The position numbers and the translations under genes were made by a program. The notes beneath the pieces were generated by a model. That model ran no database searches. It saw only the letters and a program-made list of their open reading frames with translations, and had not been told where the DNA came from. This document shows positions 1 to 13,129 of a stretch of 64,000 bases of DNA, piece by piece (positions within the stretch are counted from its first letter, which is position 1; every line of letters begins with the position of its first letter). The stretch comes from the human T2T-CHM13v2.0 reference genome, Homo sapiens. The DNA lies in the NCBI RefSeq assembly GCF_009914755.1, contig NC_060934.1; one strand, written 5' to 3'.

Positions 1-1435
1 TTGTCCAACTTCAAATGATACTGCAGATCTACAGTAACCAAAACAGCGTGGTACTGGCACAAAAACAGGCACATAGACCAACAGAACAGAATAGAGATCT
101 CAGAAATGAGACCACACACCTACAACCATCTGATCTTCAACAAAGCTGACAAAAACAAACAACGGAAAAAAGACTCCACATCCATAAATGGTGCTGGGAT
201 AGCCCGCTAGCCATTTGCAGAAGACCGAACCTGGAGCCCTTTCTTATACCATACACAAACATTCAACTCAAGATGGATTAAAGACCTAAATGTAAAACCC
301 AAAACTATAAAAACCCTGGAAGACAACCTAGGTAATACCATCCTGGACATAGGAACGGGCAAAGATTTCATGACAAAGACACCAAAAGTAATCGCAACAA
401 AAGCAAAACTTGACAGGTGGGACCTAATTAAACTGAAGAGCTTCTGCACAGCAAAAGAGACTATCAACAGAGTGAGCAGACAACCTACAGAATGGGAGAC
501 AATATTTGCAAACTATGCATCTGACAAAGGTCTAATGTCCTGCATCTGACAAAGGTCTAATGTCCAGCATCTGCAAGAACTTAAACAAATTTACGAGAGA
601 AAAACAATCAACCCCATTAGAAAGTAGACAAAGGACATGAACAGAAACTTCTCAAAAGAAGACATACATGCAGCCAACAAGTGTATGAAAAAAAGCCCAA
701 TACCACTGACCATTAGAGAAACGCAAGTAAAAACCACGGTGAGATACCATCTCACACTAGTCAGAATGGCTGTGATTAAAACGTCAGAAAATAACAGATG
801 CTGGTGAAGTTGGGGAGAAAAGGAAAGGCTTATACACTGTTGGTGGGAGTGTAAATTAGTTCAACCATTGCAGAAAGCAGGATGGAGATTCCTCAAAGAG
901 CTAAAAGCAGAACTATCATCTGACCCAGCCATCCCATTACTGGGTATATATCCAGAGGAATAGAAATCATTCCACCATGAAGACACAAGCACGTGAATGT
1001 TCATCGCCGCACTGTTCACAATAGCAAAGACATGGAATCAACCTAAATGCCCATCAATGGCAGAGTGGATAAAGAAAATGTGGTACATATGTACCATGGA
1101 ATACTATGCAGCCGTGAAAAAGGAGATCGTGTCTTTTGTGGGAAAATGGATGGAGCTGGGGGCTATTATTCTTAGCAAACTAACACAGGAACAAAACACC
1201 AAATACCGCACGTTCTTACTTACAAGTGGGAGCGAAATGATGAGAACTTATGAACACAAAGAAGGGAATCACTGACACTGTGGTCTCCTTGAGTGGGGAG
1301 GGTGAGAGGAGGGAGAGGAGCAGAAAAGGTAACCGCTGGGGCTCCGTACCTGGGTGATGAAATAATCTGTACCACCAACCCCCATGGCACGTGTCTACCT
1401 GTGTAATAAACCTTCACATGTTACCCCAAACCTAA
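1..1435 (+). mobile_element. L1 (primate L1PA/L1PB-type) ORF2 3' part and 3' UTR, disrupted
   Basis: ORF2 C-terminal remnant MFIAALFTIAKTWNQPKCPS; typical L1 3' UTR; multiple stops; internal 25-bp duplication at 516-565. Confidence 0.92.
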
Positions 1436-1781
1436 CACCTCCCACGTTCAATGCAGCCCAGTGAAGGGTGGCGGCCAAGGCGCCCTCAGGGCCCAGAGCC
1501 TCCTCTCCGGCCGTGCCTCCCTCCTGGAAGCTCCCAGGCTCAAACCCCGAAGCTCATCGGATCTTGTTGCTTGGGGTTGTCTGGAGTGTGGTCTCCAGAT
1601 CCCTCTCCCGGAGGGCAGTGGGTGAAGCAGAAAGTTCCCACCTGGATCCTATCATTGCTGGTCTCTCTGAGGACCGCCATCCTGCGGCCTCCCCAGGGGC
1701 CCCACTTGTCCACCTCATTGCCATAACCCTGGAGTTATCACAGGGCTCCTCATGAATAACAAAAGACACTCCCGTCACTCA

Positions 1782-2054
<273 letters not shown>

Positions 2055-2349
2055 TAGTGCCAAAGGAGCAAACTAAAACTCTCTCTGGGGGAAGATAAAG
2101 TAACCCTAGGCCTCAAGTAGTTTCCAAGAATACTTTTGCGAAACACAGTAGCCAGCACACAATTTAAAATAATCAGGCACTCAAAGAGAAAAGATCACAC
2201 CCATAAAAGCCAGCAAGAAACAGGAGACGCGTGGGGCCACAGCTCAGGGAGGTAAGAAACAGCAGACAACAGGAGAGACGCGTGGGGCCGCAGCTCATGG
2301 AGTTCTCAGACAGGCTTGTGAAGGTGACCTGTGCTTGCCCACCATGCTC

Positions 2350-2914
2350 AATAACACACAGAAATCAGTCACTCAAAACCAAAGTCCCTGGAACTTCGCA
2401 CAATTTTGAGCCTTAAGGAATCAACGACGGGACCTGACTCAGAGGACAGGCAGCTGCAACCTTTGTTCCCTGAATGCAGATCAGCCTTTCCTTGACCGAC
2501 ATTGTTTTGTAAAATGTAGAGAAGTTAAGGCGTCAGGAAGACCCTCCCTCTTCCCTGCTGATCTTCATTAGAGATTAACTCCCCTTTCTTCCCTGACTGA
2601 CACAAGACCTCATGACTACCACACAGTGTAAGGCTGAATGCTAAATATGCTCTTTTAAATGGAAAACAGAAAACAAACGGAGTATAACGAATCAAATTGC
2701 TATCACTCACAAGCCAGCCTTGTATGAAAAATGCTGTAACCCTTTTAAATTTCTCTGTTTTCTGCATATATAACAGAGACCTTAACTTTTCAGTTTCAGA
2801 GCACTGACCCCATTTCTTTGGAGTCTGTGTTATCCGGATGGCTATTTTCAGCTTCGTGCTTGAATATACTCTTTTAAACTGGATTCTGATCCTTTTGATG
2901 TTTGAGAGTTGACA
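2350..2914 (+). mobile_element. Solo ERV1 LTR, MER34-like
   Basis: TATATAA at ~2767, gagcactgaccccatttctttggagtctgtg, and 3' end aaactggattctgatccttttga...ttgaca resemble MER34-group LTRs (from memory). 5' boundary uncertain. Confidence 0.55.
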
Positions 2915-3147
2915 GACATAGAAACTAAGGTTGAGAATTTTGGCAGAGAATCAGAAACCATCAAAATTTTAAAATAAATAAAAGGCCTGAAAAAGAAATA
3001 ATGGAAAGAATCCAATGAATGGGTTTAATGGTAGATTAGACATAAAGAGAGTTTGTGAACTGGAAGATGGACCATCTGAAAACATCGAGCATAAAACTAA
3101 AAGATAAACTACAGAATAGAGGGCAAAAGACACACAGTGTAGTGTGT

Positions 3148-3306
3148 GCAGATCCATCACATGTGTGTGCCTGGAGTCCACCAATGCTGGGACAAGCTGG
3201 GCAGATTTATCACACGTGTGTCCCTGGAGTCCACGAATGCCGGAATGAGCTGGATGGATCTAGCACACGTGCGTCCCTGGAGTCCACGAATGCCGGGATG
3301 AGCCGG
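3148..3306. repeat. 53-bp tandem repeat, 3 diverged copies
   Basis: Unit gcagat..atcaca.gtgtgt.cctggagtccac.aatgc.gg.a..agctgg starts at 3148, 3201, 3254. Confidence 0.85.
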
Positions 3307-3543
3307 GGTCCAAGAGAGAGAGAACAGGAGGGAACACTGCAACAGCATCTAATGACAGAATGGTGAAAACTTTCCCAAACTGCTTAAAAACACAAGCCAT
3401 GGATTCCAGCAGGTCTACAAACTTCCAACTAATATAGAATAGAAATGAAACAATACATTAATAACCAATACAAAATAAGTCAGAAAGAAAAGGGAGCAGA
3501 GAACAAGGGGAAAACAGAAAACACTTAACAAATGGTAGATTTA

Positions 3544-3837
3544 GGCCAGGCGCGGTGGCTCACACCTGTCATCTCAGCACTTTGGGAGGCTGAGGCAGGC
3601 GGATCACCTGGGGTCAGGAGTTCAAGACCAGCCTGGGCAATATGGCAAAACCTGGTTTCTACTAAAAATACAAAAATTAGCCAGGCATGGTGGCACATGC
3701 CTGTAACCCTAGCTACTCGAGAGGCTGAGGTGGAAGGATCACTTGAACTCAGGAGGCAGAGGCTGCAGTGAGCCAAGATACGCCACTGCACTCCAGCCTA
3801 AGTGACACAGTGAGTGAGTCTTTGTCTCAAAAAAAAA
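3544..3837 (+). mobile_element. Alu, full length
   Basis: ggccaggcgcggtggctcac... dimer with A-rich linker and poly(A). Confidence 0.95.
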
Positions 3838-3957
3838 GGAAAGAAAAGATAAGAAAAGGGTGAAAATCAGTGAGTTATACAATCATCTCAAGAATTTAGA
3901 AAAATAATAACAAACTAACCAAAACTAGAGGAATGAAATCATAAAGATAAGAACAGT

Positions 3958-4276
<319 letters not shown>

Positions 4277-4517
4277 ATAAGAACAGAAATTAACAAAATA
4301 AAAAATATATATCCTTTAAAAGGGTTCATAAAATCAATATAGTCCTGGCAAATCCAATCCAGAAAAAAGAAAGAAGGCACAAGTAACAAATGTCAGGAGT
4401 TGGGGGGCTATTCCTTCAGACCCTACAGACATTAAAAGGTAAAGAGCAGATAGATAATACACGCAAGTTGATGCCAATAACTTGGAAAAGACAGAAATTC
4501 CTAGGAAATGTGAAAGC

Positions 4518-4643
4518 TTTATTTTTAGAGATGGGGTCTCCCTATGTTGGCCAGGCTGGTCTTGAACCCCTAGTCTCAAATGATCCTCCTGCCTCAGCCT
4601 CCCAAAATGCTGAGATTATAGGTGTGAGCCACTGTGCCTGGCC
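4518..4643 (-). mobile_element. Alu left monomer (FLAM/AluJ-like)
   Basis: Reverse-strand monomer flanked by direct repeat TGAAAGC (4511-4517, 4644-4650). Confidence 0.88.
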
Positions 4644-6183
4644 TGAAAGCATCTTAATAGTTGTATAAGTATTAAATAATTGAATTCATAATTTGAAACC
4701 TTCGTATTTAAAAACAAATGCCTTTAGATCCAGTGATGGCCTCACCAGAGAATTCCACCAGACATTTAAGGAAAAAAAATAACAGTAGTTTTACTAGAAC
4801 TCAAACTCTTTCAGAGAATAGAAAAAGAAGAACACATCCCAATTATTTCAGGAAGAAGCATAACCTTGATACTTACAGCTAACGGGGACATTATAAGAAA
4901 GACACATCACTGGCCGATGAAAATAAATGCAAAAGTTCTTACACAAAATATTAGTCCACCAAATCCAGCATACTGAGTAAAGACCCTATATCACAACCAG
5001 ATGGAAGGAGTGCAAAATTAGTTCAACATCAACCATTTATCCGTGTAATCTAACACATCCTCAGAATATGAGAGAAAGTCACATAATCATCTTAGTGGAT
5101 GCAGAAAACACACTTGATAAAATTCAGCGCCTGTTTGTGATTTAATAGAACACTTGGCAAATCAGCAAAAGAAGGAGACTTAATTAGTCTGCTAAAGGGA
5201 GTTACAAAAACCTGAAGCAAAATTACACTTAATGGTGAAATGGAAAGCTGGCCTTCTCTCCCACTGGGAACTCAGCAGAGTGGACGATCGCCACCCCTGC
5301 TATTCCCTGTTGTTCAGGAGGCCCTGGCAGGGACAGTGAGGAGGAGGAAGAAAGAAACATGAGAAGGATTAGTAATGAAGAAGTCAGTCTGACATTATTC
5401 TCAGATGATATGGTTGCTTACATAGAAAATCCAAAGCAACACGAAGATCAGAATTAATAAGCAGGTTTAGCAAAGTTGCCAGATACAAGGTCATTATACA
5501 AAAACCAACTTTATAGGCCAGCACTAAACAGAAAATAAGTGCTTTGCAAAGACAGAATCTACAGTAGCACCACAAAATATCAGATATTCATGCTAAACAT
5601 AATAAAAGATGCATAAGGCCTTTTCACAGAAAACTACAAAATATCGTTGGGAGAACAGGATGGTAATCGGAACATGTGGAAGGAGATGCATGTTCACGGG
5701 TGAGGAAGCTGTGCAGGGTGAGCGCAACCCCAGCCATGCTGCGGGGCACATGACACGCTGCTTCCAGGTGGGTCTGAAAATGCAGAGGACCGCGGGCAGC
5801 CAGGACTTTCTTGAAGAAGAAGGAGGTGGGGGAAGAGGCAAGGGTGGGTTCTGTGTGGAGACTTCTGTGGCTGTTGCAGAACTGACAGACCGATGGGAAA
5901 GGATAGAGTCTAGAAACAGACTCACACCCGGGCACATTCGACCCAGCAGAAGCCAGGCTGGCAAAACGGAGGGTGAAGGGCACCTTCCCAACACCCGCCC
6001 CCGTGCCCGGCCATCGCCAGTGCGGGGAAAACAGGAACTTCATACATGCATAACCTAAGACCCGGCAACTCCACTCTAAAGATAGGCCAAACAGAAACAC
6101 AGGCACCTGAAGAAAAGATGCCCCCGTAGCTTCGTTCCTAAGGCTGCAAATTGTAGAAGCCACCTGAGTGCCCACCAGCGCAG

Positions 6184-7252
6184 AAAGAGAACCTCCACTG
6201 TGGGGTATTGACGTCGTTGGAAAGAGAACCTCAACTGTGGGGTATTGACGTCATTGGAAAGAGAGCCTCAACTGTGGAGTATTGACGTCATTGGAAAGAG
6301 AACCTCAACTGTGGGGTATTGACGTCATTTGAAAGAGAACCTCAACTGTGGGGTATTGACGTCGTTGGAAAGAGAACCTCCACTGTGGGGTATTGACGTC
6401 GTTGGAAAGAGAACCTCCACTGTGGGGTATTGACGTCGTTGGAAAGAGAACCTCCACTGTGGGGTATTGACGTCGTTGGAAAGAGAACCTCCACTGTGGG
6501 GTATTGACGTCGTTGGAAAGAGAACCTCCACTGTGGGGTATTGACGTCGTTGGAAAGAGAACCTCCACTGTGGGGTATTGACGTCGTTGGAAAGAGAACC
6601 TCCACTGTGGGGTATTGACGTCGTTGGAAAGAGAACCTCCACTGTGGGGTATTGACGTCGTTGGAAAGAGAACCTCCACTGTGGGGTATTGACGTCGTTG
6701 GAAAGAGAACCTCCACTGTGGGGTATTGACGTCGTTGGAAAGAGAACCTCCACTGTGGGGTATTGACGTCGTTGGAAAGAGAACCTCAATTGTGGGGTAT
6801 TGACGTCATTGGAAAGAGAGCCTCAACTGTGGAGTATTGATGTCATTGGAAAGAGAACCTCAACTGTGGAGTATTGCCATCATTGGAAAGAGAACCTCAA
6901 CTGTGGGGTATTGACGTCGTTGGAAAGAGAACCTCAACTGTGGGGTATTGACGTCGTTGGAAAGAGAACCTCAACTGTGGGGTATTGATGTCGTTGGAAA
7001 GAGAACCTCCACTGTGGGGTATTGACGTAATTGGAAAGAGAACCTCAACTGTGGGGTATTGATGTCGTTGGAAAGAGAACCTCCACTGTGGGGTATTGAC
7101 GTCATTGGAAAGAGAACCTCCACTGTGGGGTATTGACGTCATTGGAAAGAGAACCTCCACTGTGGCGTATTGACGTCGTTGGAAAGAGAATCTCCACTGT
7201 GGGGTATTGACGTCGTTGGAAAGAGAACCTCCACTGTGGGGTATTGATGTAA
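6184..7252. repeat. 37-bp VNTR, 29 copies (GAAAGAGAACCTCCACTGTGGGGTATTGACGTCGTTG)
   Basis: Counted 29 head-to-tail units with no spacers; units 6-16 are identical. Confidence 0.98.
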
Positions 7253-7336
7253 TTTAATACAATTCAGTAACAATAATCAATAAATTACTACTACCCATAA
7301 CAACATGGTTGAATCTCAGAGACACTGAGGAAAAAT

Positions 7337-7715
7337 GCACGCACACACACACAAATACACACACACATACACACACACAAATAAACACACACACAAATAC
7401 ACACACATAGACACAAATACACACACATACACAAATACACACACACGAATACACACACAAATACACACACATACACAAATACACACAAATACACAAATAC
7501 ACACACATACACACAAATACACACACATACACACAAATACACATACACATACACACAGACACAGAAATACACACACATACACAAATACACACACAAATAC
7601 ACATACACACATACACACACAAATATACACACACATCCACACAAATACACATACACATACAGACACAGAAATACCCACACATACGCACACATATACACAC
7701 AAATACACACACGCA
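7337..7715. repeat. (CA)/(TACACA)-rich degenerate microsatellite
   Basis: Direct inspection. Confidence 0.93.
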
Positions 7716-10549
7716 CAGAGGGACGGGGGTTCCGTCTGCTCCCAGCCGCATTGGTTCCCCCGTGGGGTGAGCCTGGCAGGACAGGGCCAGCCCAGCGCCC
7801 AGAGACAAAGTGAGGAGACCGTGTTTCCGCCAGAGCCACAGGGCAGCTCCCCGCAGAAGCCAGTCGTGGTCCACGGTTCCCGCGTGCCGGCTCCCAATCT
7901 CTAACAGGAGCACCGCCATTTACTTCCACATTTCCTTTTTTTCTTTACTAAATATCTGATTTATTAAAATTTACATGTGTATTTGTTGCAAAGTGTGATG
8001 AGGAGCCAACAGAAACTCGGGCATAAAAATAATTCATCGTCAGATACAATCTGGGCAAAAACCAGATGGCTATGATGCGTCTGAGGAAAAATGTCAGCAC
8101 GAAGATCTCGGACTGTTAGAGAAGAATGTGTTTACGAATTCTTTAAACGACTGACAGTAGGTATCAAAACCATTTTGGCATTTAGCTTCCTAGATACATT
8201 TACAGGAGTGACTAACAATTTTACTTCAAAATGTGAGTATTTACATCACACCAGAAATGACATTATTTGCCATCATTTACATGTCTGGATTTTTTAAGAA
8301 ACCTGGATGTTGACGTCAACATGTGTGAGTGATTTGGCAGCTTTTCAAAATTGTTTTAGGGAAAACGAGAGCCAAGGCCCTGAAGACCCCTGCTCCACCC
8401 GCCTCAGCACGCAGCCCAGTCCAGCTGAGCGCCGACTGTGGGAGACCGAGTGAGAAGGACAAGGCCGATCCTGACAGCGTCCGGGTGTGACAAGGGCCCG
8501 GTAACCCCCTCGGAGCAAGGTCTCAGGAGAAGCATCTGGGAGTCCTACCCTGGGCCCCTCATGGAGGAGGGAGGGTGGGCAGGGCCTGGGCAGGGAGGGA
8601 GGAACCAGGTTCCTCACTCCAGCCAGGAGCCACAGTTCAGGCTGTTGCCTCTAGCAGAGGGGAACGTCTGGTGGGAAAGGGCAGTGGGGTGGGGCAGAGG
8701 ATGGGTAGAGGCCATGGAAGAGTTGGAAGAGGACGAAAGTGCCACCAAGTCATGGCCCTGGACCACGGACCTGATCGTGCAGCTGGGAAGCCCCTCAGAA
8801 TTCCGACACCACCACAAGCATCCTCGGGAGGAAGCTGTGCCAGCACATGCTGGGCACACAGGGCTGGCACCGAGAGGCAGGAGGGCTTGATGAGGAGGCC
8901 GTTCCTTGTGGCTCACGGAGGGCTCTTGGCCGTTTCCGCGTGGCACCCAGAAGCTGCTCACCAGCTCTAGAAGACGTGGGGCGATGAATCCAGACCCTGG
9001 AGGAACTGCGCCCTCGTCCAGCATAACTGAGGTGCCAGGACACAGGACCGACATCGCACCCTCCACTTGGGTCAAAGCTTTATCACTGCAGGCGAGTGTG
9101 CGGGCGCCCGGGACAACTCGCAAAACGTCTGGAAGTTCCCACCACTCCCCAGAACAACAGAGACCAAAGCCCACAAATCTTTAAAGGAAAGCAGCAGGTG
9201 CGTAAAAGAAAGAGCCTGCGGCCCCTGCCCGAGGCCCCTCCCCACGTGCCCAGCCCTGAGCAGCAGCAGCGCTGAGTGACCCAGGTGTGGGAAATGCCTG
9301 CTGAGGGGTTTTAGGCCGCAACAGCCGAAGCTGACACGGCCGACTCCAGGAGCCTGTGAGTTCTGCATTTTACCAACCGCATGCACGTCTTTCCAGGAGT
9401 GCTTGCCCTATGGCTGCCCCCCAAATTATGGGGTTACCTTTGCCCCCTATTCAGTGTCTATATCCTCACCCCAAGCCCGTGAGGTGACCTGGGCACTCGG
9501 TGACAAAGTCCTGTGCTTGTGGGGTCCCTGGTGCCTTCCCTTTGGGGTCACGTCAGCCCGGCGTTCCCCCGGAGGCACAAGTCTGGGTGGCAGCTGAGAG
9601 GCGTCAGGGGCACATCCAGACCTGACAAAGGAGGCGGCCCCAGCCCTGCAGCAGAGGGCCCAGGAGCCCAGGGGCTCAGCTCCAATGTCCAGGTCTGAGC
9701 ACCAGGGTGCAGCGGGATCAGGCTCCTGGAGCAGAGTCTGCCTGCCACTTCCGCCTCCTTCCAAGACAGGGACTGGGGCGCTGCAGGCCCTGTGGGGCCC
9801 ACAGAGAGAGAGCTCAGGGACAGCTGGCTGAGGCCACCCTCTGTGAGACTCCTCCTCTCCAGCTCCAGCCCACTCCACCTTGGCTTGCTGCCCAAGCTTC
9901 CAAACACCCAAGGATGGGGGAGGCTGCACCTGACTGCTGACTCGGTGGACCAGGGTGGGCCCCAGGGTGGGCATTTTCAATAAGGTGGGGCTGCCTGGCT
10001 GGACGCAGGGAGTCTGCCCAGCACCTGCCCCACTCCCAGCCTCCGGCTTCAGTGCCCACCTGGCTCCCGGGGAGCTGAGCCCCTGAACTCCCTGCCAGGC
10101 CAGAGTGACAGCCCGGGTGACCGACCAGGGGACAGAGTGCTGGGAATTCACGTCCCTGAACACACTGCACCCTCCCACTCTGCGGTCAAAAGCCCTGCTG
10201 CTCCTTCAAGCCAGGAGCATGGATTAAGTACCTACTGTGTGCCTGGCCAGCCACACGGACGGGGAGCTGACAGCCGGGCCCTGAAGCCGCCCTCTCTCCT
10301 GTGGGAGTTCTGGGGGTGGCCGGGGAAGGTGAGATTCTCCTCCACCCTCCCTGCCTCTTGGCCGAGCTTGGGGCTATCCTGGCTCTTCTGACCGCGGCAC
10401 TACCGTGGGCCGGGGTCACCCTGGCGCTGAAGAAAGCCCCGGGGGGCCTTTGGGGCAGGAAGAGGTCAAGAGCCCCAGGACCCCCCAGGGTCCCCCAGGA
10501 CCGGGGAGGGTCGGGTGCCCAGTGGGTCTCTCCGATGCCTCCAGGTGGG

Positions 10550-11480
10550 GATGAGGCAGCGTTATTGCCCCACCCCCAACATCCCCGGGCCTCCGAAAGA
10601 CCCTCGCTCAGGAGAGACCCCGGCCCAGCGACCGCCCCGCCCCCCACCCCGGGCCCCGCCCCCCACCCCGGGCCCCGCCCGGCCCTGCCCAACGCCGCTG
10701 CAGAGGCCACCCCGGGACTGCGGCAGCCCCGCCCGGCAGCAGCGGGGGTGGGACGGGGGCGGCGGGAGCCGGCGAGGGGGTCTGCCCGTCCGAGCTTTCC
10801 TGGGCGCCGGCTCCGCCCCTCGACCCTTGGGGCCCAGGTGGGGCGCAGACCCCGTGGCTCCCCGCGGAGGCCACACGCCTGGCTCCGCCCCCGGTGCCTC
10901 CCCCAGGAAGGAGCGACGTTCCCTAGGCGCCGGGTCCGGACAGCGCCGCGCAGCCCCCGCGCACCCCGCGCCCCCCGCGCCCCCCGGGCCCGCCCCGTAT
11001 CCCTGACCGCGTCCCCTGGAGACACTGCGGCAGCGGCGGGCGGGCGGGGGCGGGCGAGGGCCGGGCGCGTCTCCATGGAGCCAGGGCGCGCGTAGCCGAG
11101 CCCAGCCCAGCCCAGCCGGAGGCCCCGGGGGCGGTGCGCGGCGCGGCCGCAGGATGCAGGCCATGGACCCGGCCGCGGCGGATCTTTACGAGGAGGACGG
11201 CAAAGACCTGGACTTCTACGACTTCGAGCCGCTGCCCACCCTCCCCGAGGACGAGGTGAGCCCCCGGCCCCACTGGGGGGCCCCTTCCGCCGCCGAGGGG
11301 TCCGCGGAGAGCGCCCGGGGGGAGGACCCGGGAGGGGCTGTGAGCTCCCGCCTCCCCAGGCGCCCTCCATGGCCGAGGGGTTCCCACCGCCGTTCTCAGC
11401 CCCCGCGTTAGGATTTTCACCCGGAGGGGACAGCACCCCCGAATGCGCACGGGACGGCGGCGGGTGGGCAGCCCCTGCAG
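10550..11480. promoter_or_regulatory. KNDC1: CpG-island promoter of KNDC1 with multiple GC boxes
   Basis: Very high GC and CpG density, repeated CCCCGCCC/GGGCGG (Sp/KLF-type) motifs, no obvious TATA box, spans exon 1. Boundaries approximate. Confidence 0.85.
11154..11255 (+). CDS. KNDC1: KNDC1 exon 1 (coding part, aa 1-34)
   Basis: ATG at 11154; donor GAG|gtgagc at 11256; 102 nt, phase 0. Confidence 0.93.
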
Positions 11481-13129
11481 AAGTTGGTGCGCGGTAGCTC
11501 CTGGTGGAAACCCTGGCGGGACAGTGTGGGGGCAGCAAGGAGGACGGAGGGGGGTCTGCTTACTCCCTGCCGGGCCCCAGGAGGCCAGCGGGGTGCAGAG
11601 CAGCAGAGTCCAATCAGGCGCCGCTCAGGAGCTGGGGGATGAGGTCCCCGGAGCTGAGGTTCAGGAGCGGGGGGTGGGGGGAGCGCTGGATGACTGCCCC
11701 CCGAGACTGAGAGCTGCTTCCTGCTCTCTGGTTTTCCGGGCCTTCACCCAAGACCCCCCTACCCCGCAAGGTGCAGAGGGGCTCTGCCTGCCATCTGCAT
11801 ACCCTGGCGCTTCTGCTCATGGACCGCCCACCCTACAGCACCGGCTGCCCAGACGCCACCTTGGCTGGGTCTGACCCTGTAGCTCAGCTCTGGCTTGGCT
11901 GGGATGGAGTGGACAAGCCAGGCCCGGAAGCATGAGAGGTGGCCCCCAGGGGATACAGCAGCTCCCAGAGGGACCCTCACCCTCCAGGGATCCGAGATCT
12001 GCCAAACCTCCAACAGGCAAGAGCCCAGACGCTGGGCGCCTGCGTCTCCGGGTGACAGCGTCGTCACCTGCAGCCATTAGTGGGATGTTGTGGCGCCCTC
12101 TCTTTAAAGCCGGCCAAGTAAGCCTGGAGCAGGGAATCCCGGCTGCAGCAGCCGCGGGCCTGACCCCCTCGCAGTCCCCACCTGCTGCCCCAGGGGAGTG
12201 GGCTCTGAAGGGACCGGGAGTTTCTGCTGTGGAAGCACCGTCCTTCTGGGAAGGTTCAGCCCCAGGAGGCCCTCGGCCCAGCCACCTAGAAACAGCTGAG
12301 GCTGTGCGGGGGTTGGCGATGCCCCCGCCCCCACCATGGCCTGGATTCGGTGCAGTTGAAGGCTGCAGAGAGGAGCAGCCAGGGGAGGCAATAAAGCTTC
12401 CAAGATCACCTCGGCTCTGACCGAGAGGGAGGGGCAGCCCGCAGCCTTCAGAAACGCCCCAGGACACATCCCAGGGTATCTGTTAGGAGGCGGCCCTGAG
12501 GACGCAGCTCTTCCCACAGCTCCTTCGTGCATCAGAGGCCTGAGCCTTGAGGGCCTCCCCGCTCCGCACACGGAGGCAGCAGCCGGTGCCACGCACACAA
12601 CACGCCGCGCCAGGCGCGAGCCCACTTGGAGCCACAGGCTGTCTTTCTGCACACTCCCCACTCCCGCTCCCCACCCCCACGCACACACCAGTGTCCTCGG
12701 GCCGGCCGGACAGCTCCCGGCCGGCACAGTACTGGGGTGGGTGGCTCCATCCTGTGACGTCCACCAAGGCCTCCAGGTGAACTGTCATCCCACCGAGTTT
12801 GCAGCGTGCAGTGGGAACGTTCAGGTGGGCCCTTCGCAGACACTCCTGGAAAGCATCGGGTGGTCCCTGGCCCAACCCTGTGCCCAGTACTGAGCCCAAC
12901 ACACCCCATGTCTCAGAATTCCCCTGGCGTTCAGACTCTGCTTCCCACACGTGTTTGGCTTGGAAGGTTCTGAAATCTCCATCGGGGCACCTGACTTGCA
13001 TGGGAAAACCGTCCTGGGTGAGGTGAGGGCACGGTGAGGTTGCATCATCATCCCAGAATGCCGGAAGGCCAAGGGTGCAGGGCAGCTGCCGGGAAAGCAC
13101 GGTGGCGCCAGGCCCAGGACATATGCAGG

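Noticed and set aside
516-565. 25-bp tandem duplication in L1, and other 2-3-copy local duplications (2215-2300, 19146-19218, 32935-33010, 38535-38620, 47018-47091)
   Set aside because: Ordinary slippage products in neutral sequence with no sign of function.
997-1275. L1 ORF2-like ORFs (also 42580-43100) as active retroelement genes
   Set aside because: Short fragments with stops and frameshifts; no intact ORF1/ORF2 in the window.
6184-7252. 37-bp direct repeats resembling a CRISPR array in unit length
   Set aside because: Units are head-to-tail with no unique spacers, there are no cas genes, and the context is primate (Alu/L1). It is a VNTR.
7930-8370. AT-rich island, possible DNA transposon fossil or unannotated exon
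   Set aside because: I could not assign a family or convincing splice sites; only the palindrome is reported.
10938-10947. REST/RE1 right half-site GGACAGCGCC in the promoter (similar at 11428 and 54229-54244)
   Set aside because: No TCAGCACC left half at canonical spacing; half-sites are frequent in GC-rich DNA. ChIP data would be needed.
10186-11538. 450-aa antisense ORF and other long ORFs over the promoter
   Set aside because: Stop-codon depletion in a CpG island; Pro/Arg/Gly/Ala low-complexity translation with no recognisable domain.
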